DNA of 63,810 bases, filler included, from Perkinsus chesapeaki ATCC PRA-425 (lineage: Eukaryota; Protista; Perkinsozoa): the NCBI GenBank assembly GCA_013115145.1. It is 10 parts of 10 records of this genome, joined end to end, with 100 filler letters (N's around TTAATTAATTAA, not from the genome) between each part and the next. Parts side by side here need not be neighbours in the genome. Positions count along the whole stretch, not along the records: positions 1 to 19,469 come from JAAPAO010000638.1; 9 more parts are not named here. One strand, given 5' to 3'. The notes beneath the pieces were generated by a model. That model saw only the letters and a program-made list of their open reading frames with translations. It was not told the origin of the DNA and did not search any database. The position numbers and the translations under genes were made by a program. Of the stretch, positions 1 through 14,643 are shown one piece after another. How positions within the stretch are numbered: the first letter of the stretch is position 1; each line of letters starts with the position of its first letter.

Positions 1-55
1 GCGACGTGCTGTCCGTGCACGCGTGCCGCTTATTGACGACCACAACTAAACTTGT

Positions 56-957
56 CTACTTCGTAAACCTCACGTATTTCTTGCACTCGGTGTAAGATGA
101 CATGAACTTAGTGAGGGAAGTGTCGGTATCAAAACACGCCCACAAGTAGCCAAATACGGTAGCGTCGACCGTGGTCGGTTTAACATCGTTCGCTACATAC
201 TTCTTCTCTCCGAGGATCACCGAGAGCGCCTCGACATCTTCTCTCATTCGGTCATTCCGCTCCTTCTCAGGCAACCTGCCAATCCCTTGACCGTTAAGAT
301 TCGCCTTGAAGTTCCGCAATACAAATGATGGCACAAACCACTTGGTGAGTGCGTTAAGATGCATCAACTTATCAGTAAGAACGTCGAAGGCCTCCTTTTG
401 AAAGGCGATATCGGCGAGTGTGAGAAAATAAGTGTGCTCTTCAACCATGCGTTGGACGGCCTTGCTCGAAGCCTTTTGCTCGGGACTCAAATCAGCATCG
501 AGATCCTTGTCGTATTTATCAGAAAGCATCTTGATGATAGCGCTAGAGTCACCATAAGTCTCACCGTTGAGCTCGATAAAGGGCACCTTACCTGGCAGGA
601 GAAAAATCTTTGAGAGGAGTGACAGGAAAATAGAAAAACGAGCCAAGTAGATAAATGAAATCTATCTCCTTCAAGTTGGTATATTTTGCATCAAAATCGG
701 CATAGGGGTCGAAAGGGGTCGGTACGATCGCAACCGATGAGAAGCTGGTCGCTTGTGATGACTACAAGCGCGACATTGAGCCACTTACCATAGGGGCCAC
801 CGGGACCAGTAGCGCGACAGAGCGTGTACGGCAAACCAGCTAGTTCCAGCCAAACGTGTAGCTTGGCGCAGAAATGGCTACCCGACGACACCTCACCGTC
901 ACCAGCATCGTTGATGAACACATAACTAAGAAGAACCTTAATGTCCACGGGAGACAA
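56..957 (-). CDS. Glutathione S-transferase-like protein, FAX/metaxin-like family (at least 2 exons; true ends uncertain)
   Basis: The upstream exon has SHFCAKLHVWLELAGLPY (GST-N SPFCxKxxxWL type). A GT-AG intron at 788-592 joins PYG|KVPFIELNGETYGDSSAII. The C-terminal part has VEALSVILGEKKY...PTTVDATVFGYL (GST-C). Confidence 0.8.
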
Positions 958-1764
958 AGCAGAAGGTCAGGAAAAAAGTGTCAAGCTGATGGCTGGCAAC
1001 ACGGAGGGAGTGGTATGAAGAATATATTATTAATATTTTCTATGACATGATAATTACTGCGAAGCCATCATTCGCAACAAAGGCATGGATGCTCTCCAAG
1101 GATTTCCCCCAACTTACACATAAACGTGGTCTTTCTCGTAGTTAGGTGTTCTGAGGGACATTTTGAGGGAGAGAGCTGAGGAGTTGTGGCCCGAAGAAAC
1201 ACCAAAAAATTGAATCACGCGTTGCACGAAAATTGCAGGGAAAGCTACAAGATTGTTAGCGCTCGCCAAGATGGCCGAGGTCGCCAATACGAAGATGCTC
1301 GTGTGTGTTTGATTACAGTGTTGGGGGATATAGGAAGGTTCGTATGCTTTAGCTTAGCCTTATCGGACACTCAGCACTCAGCATGTATAAAAATTAATTA
1401 TTATCCGATTGATCGAGGCTTGAGGAGGATCTATTTCAATCCGAAATATCCACAATTGTTTGCCTTCGATAGAGTATATCCCCTTCGGTAACATAATGAA
1501 TACACAATCGTATAATTGCCTGTTCGATGAGTCACTAAATAAAACAGTTCTGGTGCGCAGAAACGATCCTAGGATCGACTTTCAGACACCCAGGACAAAA
1601 CTGAGTTTTAGAATTCATCGGGTCGAGGTAAAATTAATGTTATCTTTAAAAGATAATCTTTTCTTTGATAGCAACATGATACTGTGTATTGCGTTTTAAT
1701 AATATTGTCTAGTATTGAAAAGGATAATAGCAGCACACAAAAGTTGTCCCCTAAATGCTCAAGA

Positions 1765-4700
1765 ATGACCGAGGCAATTGAAACACCAAGACGAGTTAAA
1801 CCAACTGAAGAGCAACTTGTCGCTGCAGCACGCACGAAAGTCCGAAACTCAAAGTCGCTAGAAAGATGCCTAGCACAACACAAATCAAAGCTCGTGGAGC
1901 TGCTTGGACAATGCGTGAAAGAGATAACAGAGAGACTTCAACGTGGGGAGGCAATCGACCCTTCTAGAGTGGATTATCCTTTAATGCAAGCTACAGATAA
2001 TGTAAATAGAAAAAAATGGATAGTGATGAACCTTAGTCACAGGTGCTTGACTTGGACGATCTACCGTTCCGTGACTTCAAACAAGTCGATTTGAGAACAG
2101 ACGTTGTCGATGATGTATTGAGCAAGTTATCTGACGGCATTCTGAGGCTATGTCTCGATACAGTAAACTCGATACTGCGAACTAGTAGAGTTATTGGAAA
2201 TAGATACCAATAAGAAACATACGATATCACGATGCGATTCAACGACAGAATCAAGCATTGCTAGAACGAATGCAGACGATTGAGGAGGCACTCCTCGAAC
2301 GGTCGAGGTAAGATAGATGACGCTACTTCGTAACAGCTATTATGTCTGTATCACGTCTAAACGAAGTTGTATCACGCTCGTTTGCTCGATCTTTCGAGGA
2401 CCTTGGGATATTCGTATAAACGGATGCATTACCGAGTAGTCGAGACATGTACTTTTTTGTTAGGCTATTGTCACGATGTCGGCTTGCCTATTACAGAGAG
2501 TTAACTCATTTAAGGAATCAAATATATTTAAAACAACAAAGGCAATTACGTGGACACGGTGAGAAAGAACAGCGTGGAAATAGACGACGTTGATGTGGGA
2601 AAGAATGGGACAGCGGAAAGCCGGAACAACATAACAATACTGTGAATTCAAAGCACTGAAATAGTTTCAAAATTAATAGATAGATGAAAAATTCGCCGGC
2701 ATAGTTTTTCCTGGGGAGTCTGGGAGAAGGCTGCAGCAGCATTGTTGCCATTTCAGAGGAAACTGACGATGACGTATACGAAGCCTATTACTTTGATCCA
2801 ACTGAATTCTTGGAGGAAGACCTACGGATGTAAGGAAAGTTCTCGAAATAGCTGTTGTTACATGGCTTATATACGTCCCAAACTGGGCTCACTTTCTAGC
2901 GTCTCATGAGATGATTTTGGAAACTGGTAAAATTTAGTGAAGTGTCGGCGTACGGCTAGCCGCAAGTGGCCCACTTGCGGCTAGCCACTTGAAGTGAGGC
3001 TGAAGTGAGATCAAATGCGAGCAAAATCTACAGCCGGTTGTAATGCAGAGTTTTAATGAAACGGTGCAGCGAGGGAATCCTCGCGCTCACCGTAGAAGAT
3101 TATCTCGGAGTCTCAGGAAGTCGTCGCGGAAATCGCGGATGGAGTATTCCCTCGAACTATCCTTGGTGACGGCATAGTTCCTATCAAGTTGCAGAGAAAC
3201 TCGAAATAGCAAATTGTTTTTAACGGAAAATTTTTACCGCTGCCCACTCAACGTGACGCACTTTACCGTTATTCAATAACCATCCTGTCGCATTGCTCTC
3301 AGGCTCCTAAACGACAAGATAAAAATGTCAGTAGAGTTATGGGTAAGAAGATTTAACAACCTAAAAGATCTCAATGCCGAGCTGGAAAGTATCATAGCTC
3401 GAGATGGTCTGCGTAAGTGTCGGTATGAAAGTGTTGATGAGGCATCTCTGTGGTTAGGTAAGAGACTTAAAAATGAGGTTAAAGAAGAACCAGTTTCTAA
3501 AAGGTAAGATTGCAAATGTTGTCATGGTTTTCGGGTTTAAAATATTCACCCAAACGCTTTGTTGTATGCCCACTACCGGAGTGACGCACCAGGTCTACGC
3601 AGTGCTACTCAGCGCATCGCGTTCACTTACATGCTTTGGTGGAGAAGGGAAATTTTCGGGAAAATTCGGGGAAGGGTGCTGGATTGTGGAATATTTAGTG
3701 AGTTGATTGTAGAGCTCAGCTGGAAGGGGCTGCCAACAGACACGCTATTCCTGTGCCTGGGAACTCTTACTCGCAACTGCGTGCCTGGAAAATTTTCCTG
3801 AAGTTGAATTATTCAACCAAAACGAAAGGAAGAAACTACTTAGAGAAAAGCAATAAAGCAAATAAAAGAGTCCTCTGACTACCGTTCTCTGTATTCAATA
3901 CTGTGTATTGTCAGACGAGAGCCTCCACCTGCGGTAGAGGAGTTGGTGAGGCCGCCTTCCTTAGAGGAGGAGATCGCCGCTTTGTGTGACAAGTACAGAC
4001 CAGATGAAGTTTTGGACGGATTTAGCGAGGTTGGTAAAGGGGTTATAAACTTGCTGTATTTGATTTGTTAAGATATATCCTGCAACAGTGGCAGATCACG
4101 TTCAACCACGTATTGATCGAGAAGTGTCGGAGGCAGTGATGGGAGCCATTCAGGTATATTTGTCCGCCTATAGTCCCGTGGCTGCGTGTAAAAGTGCCGC
4201 GGGAATATTAGAATCACAAGGAAGACAAAGAGGGAAATCGGAGGCGATTCATCTCAGTGTTTTCCAGTCTTTCGGATACTCTACGGTCAGCATGTAGCGT
4301 ATTGACTCGGTGAGAGCTGTGCAGCTTGAAATACTTGAATGCTGGATTTGCGACGTTTATAATAATAAAATACGCGGGCAGTATTTTCCGTAAGTGCTTT
4401 GGGGTATCTCTGGAGAGAGCTTTAATCTGTTGTCTTGGAAGCAGATTGTGGACATGGTCGTGACTTAGAGCGTCATACAATAACATCAGATGCTCTTTTT
4501 GGGAGAGATATATTGGATGTGTGAATCACACAGTGAGATTATGGCCTAGGGGAACATTTCTTAAGACGATCTCCATCTTTTCCTTGCACGTCTCTATGGG
4601 GTTAGATCAGTGTTCCATCTCGGAGATCATTCGAGGGGATATGTTCCTGAACTAGGGGCGATGATCGAATAATGGGATTCGTCGTGAGTCCCCGATCTTG

Positions 4701-7700
4701 TTTTGACAGGCCGAGCGAGATCGGCTCGAGTATGATTTCGAAAGACGCATCGAGGGAGAGAGAAACCAATGGGCAGGAAAGGTAGGTTTGCTCATAAATT
4801 TCTGGAGAAGATATTCCTGACAGGTTGCCCAGCTTGAAGCTAAAAATAATAGTTTGTCGCACGAGTTGGATGAGGCAAAAAAGCAGTCACATGAATTACG
4901 ATCACAATTGACGGCCGCGATGACCGAGGGAGCCGCGATGAAGAAGGGAGCGGCAGAGTCTGCCAGAGGAGAAGCTCAGCTGAGAGACACTGAAAGCAAA
5001 TTGGAAGAATCTAAAGCCAGGTGAGGAGGAACGATTACTTGAAGTAGCTTGCTTATTATTAATACATCGAACTCTCGGTTACAGACAGGTGATCTATGAG
5101 ATCGACGTGAGTACTGGCTTTCTATTAGAGCAATATTTTGACTAGTACGAACCAAGTGGCTCGGCTGAATGAGTTGCTCTGCTTAAAATGACGTTGGGCT
5201 GGTAGTGGACTATGATTCGATGTCAACAAGGCTTGCGGGAGTGATATCTCTTTCTTACGAAGATTGCTTGCTCTATTGCGTCAGATGTCTGTCGGGTTCG
5301 TTCACTGGGCGCTGATTGTGTTGTGGGTAGGTGCGTGGCTGCGGAGAAGTCTCTGTCCGATGCCTTAAGCGAGATGAAAGCGAAAGATGAGGAATTGGTG
5401 AAGTTGAGAGAAGTTACCGACAAGGTGAGATGGCTGATATTATTGATATATGATATATATTGAATAATAGTGTATTGTAGAAAATATGAACAAGTTAGTA
5501 TGATACCAACTTGCTTGTATCTTAAAATATAAATAAGGTACAGTATTACGATTCTTAGTACCTGTACCTGCACAGTAGTGCATGATTATACCTACTATAC
5601 ATCTGTGCCCATACATGCCAGTGAGGAGCGACTTGAACTTCAAGCTTGCAAAAATGGCGTTCTGTTTTTCTACTTGTGCCGATCAATTGCGCTCTCGGTG
5701 AGAAATATTTACCTAACGGAGGAAGGCTAACATTTCCTCCATCTTTGATGTATTCCAAATTAGCCTATATTATCGATTGGGAATCTTTTCCGCCTCTATC
5801 AGGCACGCTCCGAGCTGTCGGCAATGGTGGCCGACAAGGAAGCACTGCTGAAGGAGGTTGAGCGACTTCTGAAGGTAGAAGAAGAAGCTCGACGACAACC
5901 ACCTGTGGGGGGTGATGATTCGGTGAGCTAGAGTATAATAGGGATTTGGAAAGGTATCTTACGGTTTCAGATTCGAAAAGAGCTAGAAGCAGAAGTTGGA
6001 GAGAGAATGAGACAACTCGATGAAGTGCGAGCTGAGCTAGATGGAAGAGAACAGGAATGGTCAGCGGAGAGAGCAGAGCTTCAAGGTATGCTAGTAATTC
6101 CACGCTTCTACCGCCTTGTCGAAATTTCGCAGGAGTTTTTTGTCGCTTTGAGATAAGTTGATGGGTCTCAAGTGTTATCTGGCCTATATTGGTCCACTGG
6201 GGATCGAGTATTGTTCCTGATGCGTACATGTGTAAGAGATGTTTTTCTAGAAGCTAATTATATTCCTGACCAAAGGGAAGCATCGGGTGCTGGGAACGTC
6301 TGATGCATAGCTCGTTGCCCGAGAAAGCTTGATCATTATCAAGATCTTCCTTTATAACAAAAGGGAGTTGATTAGAGTCACTGCAACCGGGTTATAATAA
6401 TAACTATATAATGGGCATTGTTCATCATAAATGTTTTTATTAAACAAAACATACCCACTGACCCCTCTACCAGAGTTGGTTATTTCTTAACACTATAGTA
6501 TCCCAAGCAATACTCAATATTCGAAGCATCAACCCACTGTGAGTATCGATATAACAGAACTCACTCGGCTAAGTTTGTTACATTATTATCATAAACTCTC
6601 ACTTGTCCTCATTGCGATATTATAGTGCCTTTGAATCTGGTATGCGTAATACATTTCGGTGGAGACCAAGAGTCACGAAAATCCATGTTATAAATGATTT
6701 ATATTAAAGTCTTATCACACTCAAGAGTTGTCGTATGAGCTTGTCAAGACAAAGTTGTTGATCACTTCTTTCAGCTATATTGACCAACGAGAGAGAGTCT
6801 GCACAAAGGAGCAAGGAAGAGCATCTTTACGAGGTCTGAAATGTGATTCTTGTTTTCTCAAAGACTCGCCTTACACAGATAGAGTCGCTTAACGACTCAA
6901 TCGCCACTCTTCGCGGAAATATCAAAATACTGGAAAGAGCTCTGGCCGACTCGGCACTGCAACAGAATGAAGACGGACAGCAGGCACTCAAGTCGGCTCA
7001 ATAACTTATGCTGTTTTGAAATTGTTGCCTCAGGAGAAAGAAAACTCGGGTGCTGATTCAGGACGACGGGCCTCTTGATGACGGGAGCGGTACAGCATCA
7101 CAGACATGCATTTCGGGTATACAAAGCCGTCCGCACCTCCGAAGATTGATAGAAGCTTCGTTCAGGTCTGGCTCATGATGCTGGATTTTTTATGGTGTCT
7201 GAAGCGCCAGGCGAACTGGATGGACCTTCTGAGGCTTTCAAGATGGAACTTGAGGTGATTACTGTTGTTTTTGGCTGAATAGTGTAGATTTTAGGAGTTG
7301 GATTTGGTGGCCAGAACTATTTGGGAGGGGTATATGGATGTGCTTCATGCAGCTAGGAGACCACCTTTTGGTTATGGTGATGGTCAAACGAGGGTACATA
7401 GATTCACACGGTTGATTAAAAGTAAGAAGTGATGAGGAAATCAATGATCATCGCTAATGGCCCTGTTATTTACTAAGAAGCCATTTTAGCAGAGTACTGT
7501 ATGTCCTCGAGCCGAGCTTAGTTCGACTTCCGAAGTTTGCTTAATTTTCTCGCTTCGGAAACGTATGTTGGGGGTTGGGCATGCCTTGCAAGTTGTCATT
7601 CACTTTGTCCAGTGTTGAGGGTCCAATACCGCGAAAGGCCGAGGGGCATGGTATCGATCCAAGTCACAGATGTTCTTGTTGCTACAGGAAGGGCGTTAGT

Positions 7701-8590
7701 CTTCCCTGACAGGTGTATTGGACCGATTAGATCGTCTAGAAGACCTCCTGGAGATGATAACTGAGTTGATAAGGAATGAGCTCCTGAGAGTCGTGGCAAT
7801 CATCAGAATGCTTCAGGTTGGCTAAGACTACTACGCTGTTTTGGATTCTTATTTGGTAGGATTCCTCTTACCCCGATTTCGTCTCAAAACAAGGAAGAAA
7901 TCTTTTGTTTGGAAAAGGAATGAGCTCGTTATCGCGAGTGACGGAGGTCAGCTTGAAGCGCGTTTTTTACAGCCTAAACTGATTTGCCTATGATTCGGCA
8001 ATCAAATTCCTCAGGCATCGACTCTGGCGGCTCTTATGCAAGTAGAAGGCAGCATGAAGGGCAACTTAGTTAACCTCTATAAAGATCTCATCACTGCAGG
8101 TGGTTGCTCTTTCGAACGATGCGCCTTCATTTTCCCATTCAGGTTCGATCTGTCCGATACTCGAGCTCGATTTCCGTCCCGGCCGCCGCTCCTACGTACC
8201 TATTCGAGCAACAGTGCACTCGGCCGCGAGATACTCTCCTACACACGCTTCGAGAATCTCCACTTCCGCACCACAATTGCAAGGTCGGTGTAATTGACCC
8301 TAGTTGCAGCGAAGGGATTTCTGCAGGACCACTCGATGGAAAAGTGTCCATGCCGCTACTGGAATCAGAAGGAACTCGTGGTGATGAGGTTGCCAAGGAC
8401 GAGGTCGGCTTCGGTATCGATCACGCGATCGATTGTGATATTCAGGCACCCCTTCGACTACCGACCATGCGCTCTAGACCTCAGAAAGTTGACAAGTCTC
8501 CTCCTGGATCTCCCACGGTGTTCCCTGCCTGGCCCGGACAGTATCGATCTCAACAAGGTAAGGAATATGTGTGTCTAACAACCACGTAGG
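1765..8590 (+). CDS. Multi-exon hypothetical coiled-coil protein (possibly more than one gene; boundaries approximate)
   Basis: A series of short GT-AG-bounded exons encode heptad-like peptides, e.g. AERDRLEYDFERRIEGERNQWAGK, VAQLEAKNNSLSHELDEAKKQSHELRSQL, ARSELSAMVADKEALLKEVERLLKVEEEA, IRKELEAEVGERMRQLDEVRAEL. Confidence 0.5.
2954..2986. repeat. Perfect 33-bp palindrome (16-bp arms, 1-nt centre)
   Basis: GGCTAGCCGCAAGTGG-C-CCACTTGCGGCTAGCC. Confidence 0.95.
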
Positions 8591-11500
8591 GATCTAACCC
8601 AGGCAAAACTGCCAATGTCCCAGAGGGCCGAGCAACCAACGATAAACCAAAAGTAAGTAATGTAACACTTTGGGCTGAGTGCGATGGTGAAGAAATGCAA
8701 AGGCCGTCTACAACATCAGCGATAATACGAGGCACTGGAGGTAAGCATCGTTTTCATACATTCGCTGTATTGCCGCCGGTAACAGTTCCAAGCCGAAGGA
8801 ATCACGTGCTGAATAACCAGAGATTCGTCGACAGCGCTTCAACATTCGGCAGTTTGCCTGAAGCTGGTGGAGGTGACACTTTCATATTATAGGAAGATAT
8901 GGTGTCCATTCGTCAGATGAGCGGCCGAGGACATCAGCTGGTCAGGGTGTCTTGAGAACGCCTTTTACTGTCATTAGCCGGAGCCCATCACAGAATTTGC
9001 CACCACGGGTAGGCTAATGAACATTTGTCAACTACTGCAGAGAGTTTATTCATTAGAGTGGACGATCGAGGAGATGTTTGAGGTCGGCTGGCACCGGAAG
9101 CAGCAGTGCAGTGACATTGTCAGTGTCGGCGTTGAGGTAGACATCTTAGTAGTTCCGGCGTCCTTTCATGACAATTTTTTGTTGTTCGCTTATTTGGGTA
9201 TACAATAACGGAGTTTTTTGTTTCATTTTTATGAATACTCTCCACTGAAATGTATTATTTCCTCTTTCACCACCCTCCAGATCAGCGGTTGCCACATAGT
9301 CGCAGATATTTTCCCGCAGGCAGTTCTTCTGGCGACTATTGGTTAATGCTCACTTCGTACTGGTGCACTAATATTTTATACTTACTACTTCCTGCATTCG
9401 ATCATTACTGGTGACTTTCAATCGAAAAGGGTTTTCACGCCCACAAGCTCCCGATCAGGTGTCGACTTCAGCAACTTGATAGAGTCGCGACAATCCCCTC
9501 CCATAGCTCATTCCATGGTAACGACCCTCCATTCAACACAGATTATCAAGATTATGTGCTTAATCAGATCAAGAGTCATCAAGTTGGACATTGAGACCAA
9601 ATCCTTTACCAAACCCTCCACCTGTCACGGCGTCCTCGTTGTGGCGTCACGTCACAGCATCACCTTCATCTCGTCATTCTTCGTCGAACAGAAGCATGGA
9701 CGCTGGTACCGGCGGCATCCTTCTGGAGTCTCCAGGTAAGGGTCAGTACCTCACATGATGATCACTATTCGTTCTCAGGTGATTTTGGTAGTCTTGACGG
9801 CTTTCGGCCTTAGACATTTCAGTGTCATCACCACTGGTCATCTTATCATGAGTGTTTGTCGTAATTTGTGTTGTTAATAGACAGTCGAGTGTTACGATAC
9901 CCGAAACACTAGGGGAAGTGTACCTCTTGATCTCAATGCTTTAGCCATTACTTCATTTACCATCAATGAATCCTTCAAAGTCTCTGATCTTGATATGCTT
10001 AATCATCCTGGTGTGCTCAGCTCAGAGAACTCTAACCGAGTCGCCTCAGTAGGTATTCCACCTTTTCATTCCAGTCAGCGACCGATTGCTATGAGATGGT
10101 TCCGATAAGTGCTTTTTAGAAACGGTCAGTCGGTAACGCCACAGCTTTCCCCTAGGGAACTGAGTGGTGGAGCTTCAACCGGCCTTAGAGGTAGGCTCCT
10201 ATCACGCCAAGTGTTTGTTACATACACGCAACACTTTTACATTCTCGTGCGTAATTAGGGAAATGATATTTCTTAGATCTTGCATTATTTGTCAATGTTA
10301 GGATCACCAAAATCATTTCTACAGAAGAGGAATCGTCACGAACACAGAAAACCTTTGGTAGCAGTGCAGCTCCATCTTGTCGAACCGGGAATGGCCGACG
10401 AGGATCCGCGTGACTTATCGTTTTTGGAAGGAAATGCAAAGGAAAGTAAGATACCGTATATTTCGGAATGAACTGTTTGCTAGCAAACAGGCTGACGACT
10501 GACAAGGGTAGCATTTGCAAGTCTCGCTTACATCGGTATTGATCGGAAGCACGCACTCGTAACGGATTATAATGGCGCGTTGAAATGGCCGAAGTGATTC
10601 AACGAGGTCGTCTTTCTCAGCTGAAGCAAATCCGTCGATGTTGATGGATGGTACAGACAAGAACGAAAGCCAACAGGGGGCAACTTTGACCCGTAAGTCA
10701 GATTAGCCGTTTATAATATGAAGTGAGAATATTGATTATTGTAGTCGTAGCTTTTCATATGCACCGGGGTCAGTGGAGGGTTTTTCTTCGTGATTCAGCA
10801 ATAAGCATCTGGAAAGGCCGGCAGTCTTCTCCGATAAATGTTATGCATTCCAAGACATCATTGATTAGAAATTAAATAACCGTTTTCTGCGTTATCTGTT
10901 CCTTGTTATGTGGTTTCCCTTGGTTAGGTTCCACACATGATCTCGAGGCAGTATACTCCAAGTTGGTATCACTGATAGACGGTAACCAAAGTGCAAAGTA
11001 GTTCCCGCTACAGCAGTATGAAGAACTTACTAATGAAGATGATGCCAGTTGTCGATACATAAGGCTTGCGTTCAGTTTCATTAGAATAGCCAATATTCTT
11101 GGTTCGCTACAATAGTCAATAATCTAGCTACCCGCTACTTGTTGACCGAGTTCAAGCATTACTCCCGACTTGATATTATTATTCAGTGGAGATGTCTGTT
11201 AATTGTACCAGGGTTTACGTGAAGTTTCTCTATTAATTCAGTAAACGTGGTAGAGCTTCTGGCTTGCTTAAATATCTACCATCAATCAGCCCTGCCGCAT
11301 GTGGAGTAGATTATCTAATAAGGACCGTGCATTTTCCTTAGGCAAATCGCGAAAACCTTTCTCTGCCAATTTTGGGAGTTTTGTTCAAGAAAAAAATTTG
11401 AAGGGTGACAAGCTTCGAACATATAGTAACACATACTTGAAGTACGTTTCGTATTTGACCTTGTACTTCAAGTATGTATTACTATATGATTCTCAATAGT

Positions 11501-13647
11501 GGCGGTTAAACGAAAGATATACACTTTTGCTTACCAAGAATGCGTGGTCTGTTAATGGTTCTGACCGGCCAAGCTGCTCAATATGAGCCACATATTATGA
11601 GGGGCCCCAACTGTCCGCTAATCAACAATGTCGTTGACTCGCACCAAAACAATCTTACAAGCGCTAGTAACGCTGCGTTGCTATCTCAAGGTATGGCTTA
11701 CATTGCTTCTTCGAATCTGCACACATGCGAACGATATGGTCCTTGTTATTATTTCACACAAGCATGTTACGCTGCCAAAGAAAACAAGGTTATTTATGAA
11801 TTTAACGCCGAACCCAACGCAGGTCGGAATTTTCGGACGGGAGAGATTCGCTGAATCGACGGCCATGTAAGCTGTCAAAGGAGCGAAATGTAAAGCCCTA
11901 CGGACGCTAGCATTTGAGCAGCAGTGCAGCTGACGTGTAGCCAACATACAAGGAAAAAATTAGCTCCTTAATTAAGTGAGGGAATAGAGCATAAGTGAGA
12001 TACGGTTGTGTATATTGTCATACAATTTTAGCGTTATTAATCGGGCAGACTGAAAGGCCATTAAGACTAGATTAGGGTTACCGTGTGCTGAACCTAATAA
12101 AAAACATGCACAACTTCACAACACTAACATTGTTAGTATAAACTAAAAGCAATAACAACAAAATAATACTGTTACTTCGTTTTACTCTTTTGTCAACTTA
12201 TTTTTATAATTTCCAGCTAGGAGTTTGCTGGTGAATATAAAACCTAAGCACACAACTCAGGAAAGAGCCTTACCCTGAGACTGTTCCGTAGAGTGCACTG
12301 GTCTACTGAAAAAGCGATTTTCAATTGCTGACGATTCACACTCCCAAATTTCACTCGTTACCTCCACCTGTGCACCTGTAAAAACACAAATCATTGCCGT
12401 GGAAAAGTAGAATATTGATGAAGCAGCATCGTTATTGCACACAGCCCAGATGACCACCACATAACCAGTAAAGTCGGAAAGAAGTCGGAGCAACCAGGCC
12501 AATGTCGCCACTAACATAGGATTCGGCATACAGCTCGCCGCGTATAATTGGTCGGCCTGTCGCGTATGTTGTAGAATTAGCAATGATACCGAATCATATT
12601 GGGTATGAGCTCCATACTAGGCCAATACGGATAAATGCAATAAGACTCTCATGTAGACCAGCTTCACCACACGGCACGAAATGAAACTTATCCCGTTGAA
12701 GGCGCCCCTTTTGAATCTCAGCCAATCACCGAAAGCTCGTAATGGTTATCCTGGATGTCAAAATAATAGTGTTCATGACACTTCCTTGAATAGAGACTCA
12801 TAGGAGAATCTGGATCCTCGCCAATGTTCTCAAGGAGCATAGTGACACACTCCTTAGGTTTGCATTCGGTGAAACGGTACTTATCCGGATCAGAGTCGTA
12901 CTTGAAGATGCATTGTGTGCAAGAATATGTTTTGTGATAACCTGCAAAGGTTAGTTTCGTGTTGAGTACTTCTTCGGTTGCATCGAATACATCAATGACG
13001 AGGGTGATTGGGAGTAATGGGTCACGCCATTGAAATGTGGCAATGTCGATAGGACACCTACAGTCCACCAGATACAAAGTGAGGGACCAGGTGACGATGA
13101 CCCACGCAGAGAGTGCACCAAGCAGATTCCTTCTTCCATTGCAAATCATACTGAGTTGAAGTATTGTAGCCACCGTGATAGAACTCAATGTCAGAATTGG
13201 TTGAAGAAGATGGAATTTTAGTAGGGGGATGATAATAGTCGCTTCTCAAACACAAGTGAGACGAGACAACTAAGGATAGGAAGAAACCTCAGGATCGTAG
13301 GAGCCTCAGAGGCTGCCCGGACTCTAGTATCACGTACAATTGATCAGGTTTCAATAGTTTCACGCAGCTCATAGAGTGGCCCCGCGTCTAAATGATGAGG
13401 AAGTGGCGCGCTCCACTGGCGGTGGCACACGTGCGATGTCAAAATCCCAATCGGCCGGATTGAATCGGGTACTCAATTCTGCTACGTGCTCTAATACATG
13501 ATACAGCATAAGAGCGATATGAGCGGTGGCAACCTACCAGGAGCTATTCAGAAGCTCTTATAGGAAACAGATAGTTATGACCGGGTAATAATGACCCTAA
13601 TTACTTTCCTACAGTAAGTAAGTTTATGCGTCGAGGATCGCTACATT

Positions 13648-13704
13648 GTGACGCGGAAACTCAGTGGCAGGGTGGGCCACCCTGCTACTGAGTTTCCGCG
13701 TCAC
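13648..13704. repeat. Near-perfect 57-bp palindrome (28-bp arms, one mismatch)
   Basis: GTGACGCGGAAACTCAGTGGCAGGGTGG-G-CCACCCTGCTACTGAGTTTCCGCGTCAC. Confidence 0.95.
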
Positions 13705-13839
13705 CCTCGGTAGCTGAAGTTTCCATTTTTCCGTTCTTTCCTGCATTTATTACCACAGGCGAGGAAGAAAAATAGAAATCTTTCTCCCTTTCCGAGTGCT
13801 AGTAGTATCCACCCGGAAGGGCATGCAGCACGCTGCGTG

Positions 13840-14094
13840 CTATGTGATTGGTGAGAAGATGCTTTCCACGTTTCCGGTCCTCAACATGGCCAATCTCGCA
13901 ACCTTGGCGGCCTTATAGATGAGGGGATACTTGACCGAAGCCTGCTTCCAGAAGTCATCGAACGGGGTACCGGGAGCCCCCAACCTCAAGTAGGAGTTCA
14001 CCTCCTTATCCACACGCCCGACCACTCCAGAACTTTGCTTATCCCGTAGCTCGTAGCTTGTGAGATCACCCCTATCCAGGACACCATCCGTCAA
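13840..14094 (-). mobile_element. hAT transposase C-terminal dimerisation-domain relic
   Basis: EVNSYLRLGAPGTPFDDFWKQASVKYPLIYKAAKVARLAMLRTGNVESIFS fits the hATC pattern (E..YL....W+.....+P.L..+A......+..ER.FS). No catalytic core is seen upstream. Confidence 0.7.
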
Positions 14095-14180
14095 GCTCTT
14101 GCATCATACAGGCGCTTGACCTTGCAATGAAGTGTTGTTTCTGTTTTGCCCCTGCGCGTTGGGAGAGTCCAGATTTACGA

Positions 14181-14229
14181 TAGCTCGGCCCGAGCTAGGA
14201 GAAACCCCCCGAGCTGCTCGGGGGGTTTC
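14181..14229. repeat. Two adjacent perfect hairpin-forming palindromes
   Basis: TAGCTCGG-C-CCGAGCTA (14181-14197) and GAAACCCCCCGAGC-T-GCTCGGGGGGTTTC (14201-14229). Confidence 0.9.
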
Positions 14230-14643
14230 GCAAGGACCCGGCGAATTACAATTGACCACCCATGTCGTGAAGGCAGCAAAGAGAATCTTTCGATTCAGTG
14301 AATCTTCACGCGAAGCGCCAACATAAAGATGCTCATGCTGGACATCCGCCGGTGCAGTTGGCCGAACTGTCCGAACGAGATGAAGGAACTGATTGCCCTG
14401 GTGGAACTTCGACACAATCAGGTGGACCTATCATAGCTAGGAATCCTAGCCTAGGATACATAACGGTAGGTCCCACACTTTAGATTCGTAACTACCTGGT
14501 GAGACGTCTCCTACAAGGACGGATGGCCGGCTCGTGCCCCAGATCGGTGACTCTGGCAAATACGGTTTGGTAAAATCCGTTGCAGAATATTTATTACTAC
14601 AAAAGTAACCCGTTAGCGGAACTAGCCGTGCGCGAAGCGCACG

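Noticed and set aside
10700-13300. Short ORFs and possible exons of secreted proteins (11540-11870 +, 12257-13255 -), and 18880-19230 +
   Set aside because: I could not build a consistent spliced model or recognise a domain; stops interrupt the candidate frames.
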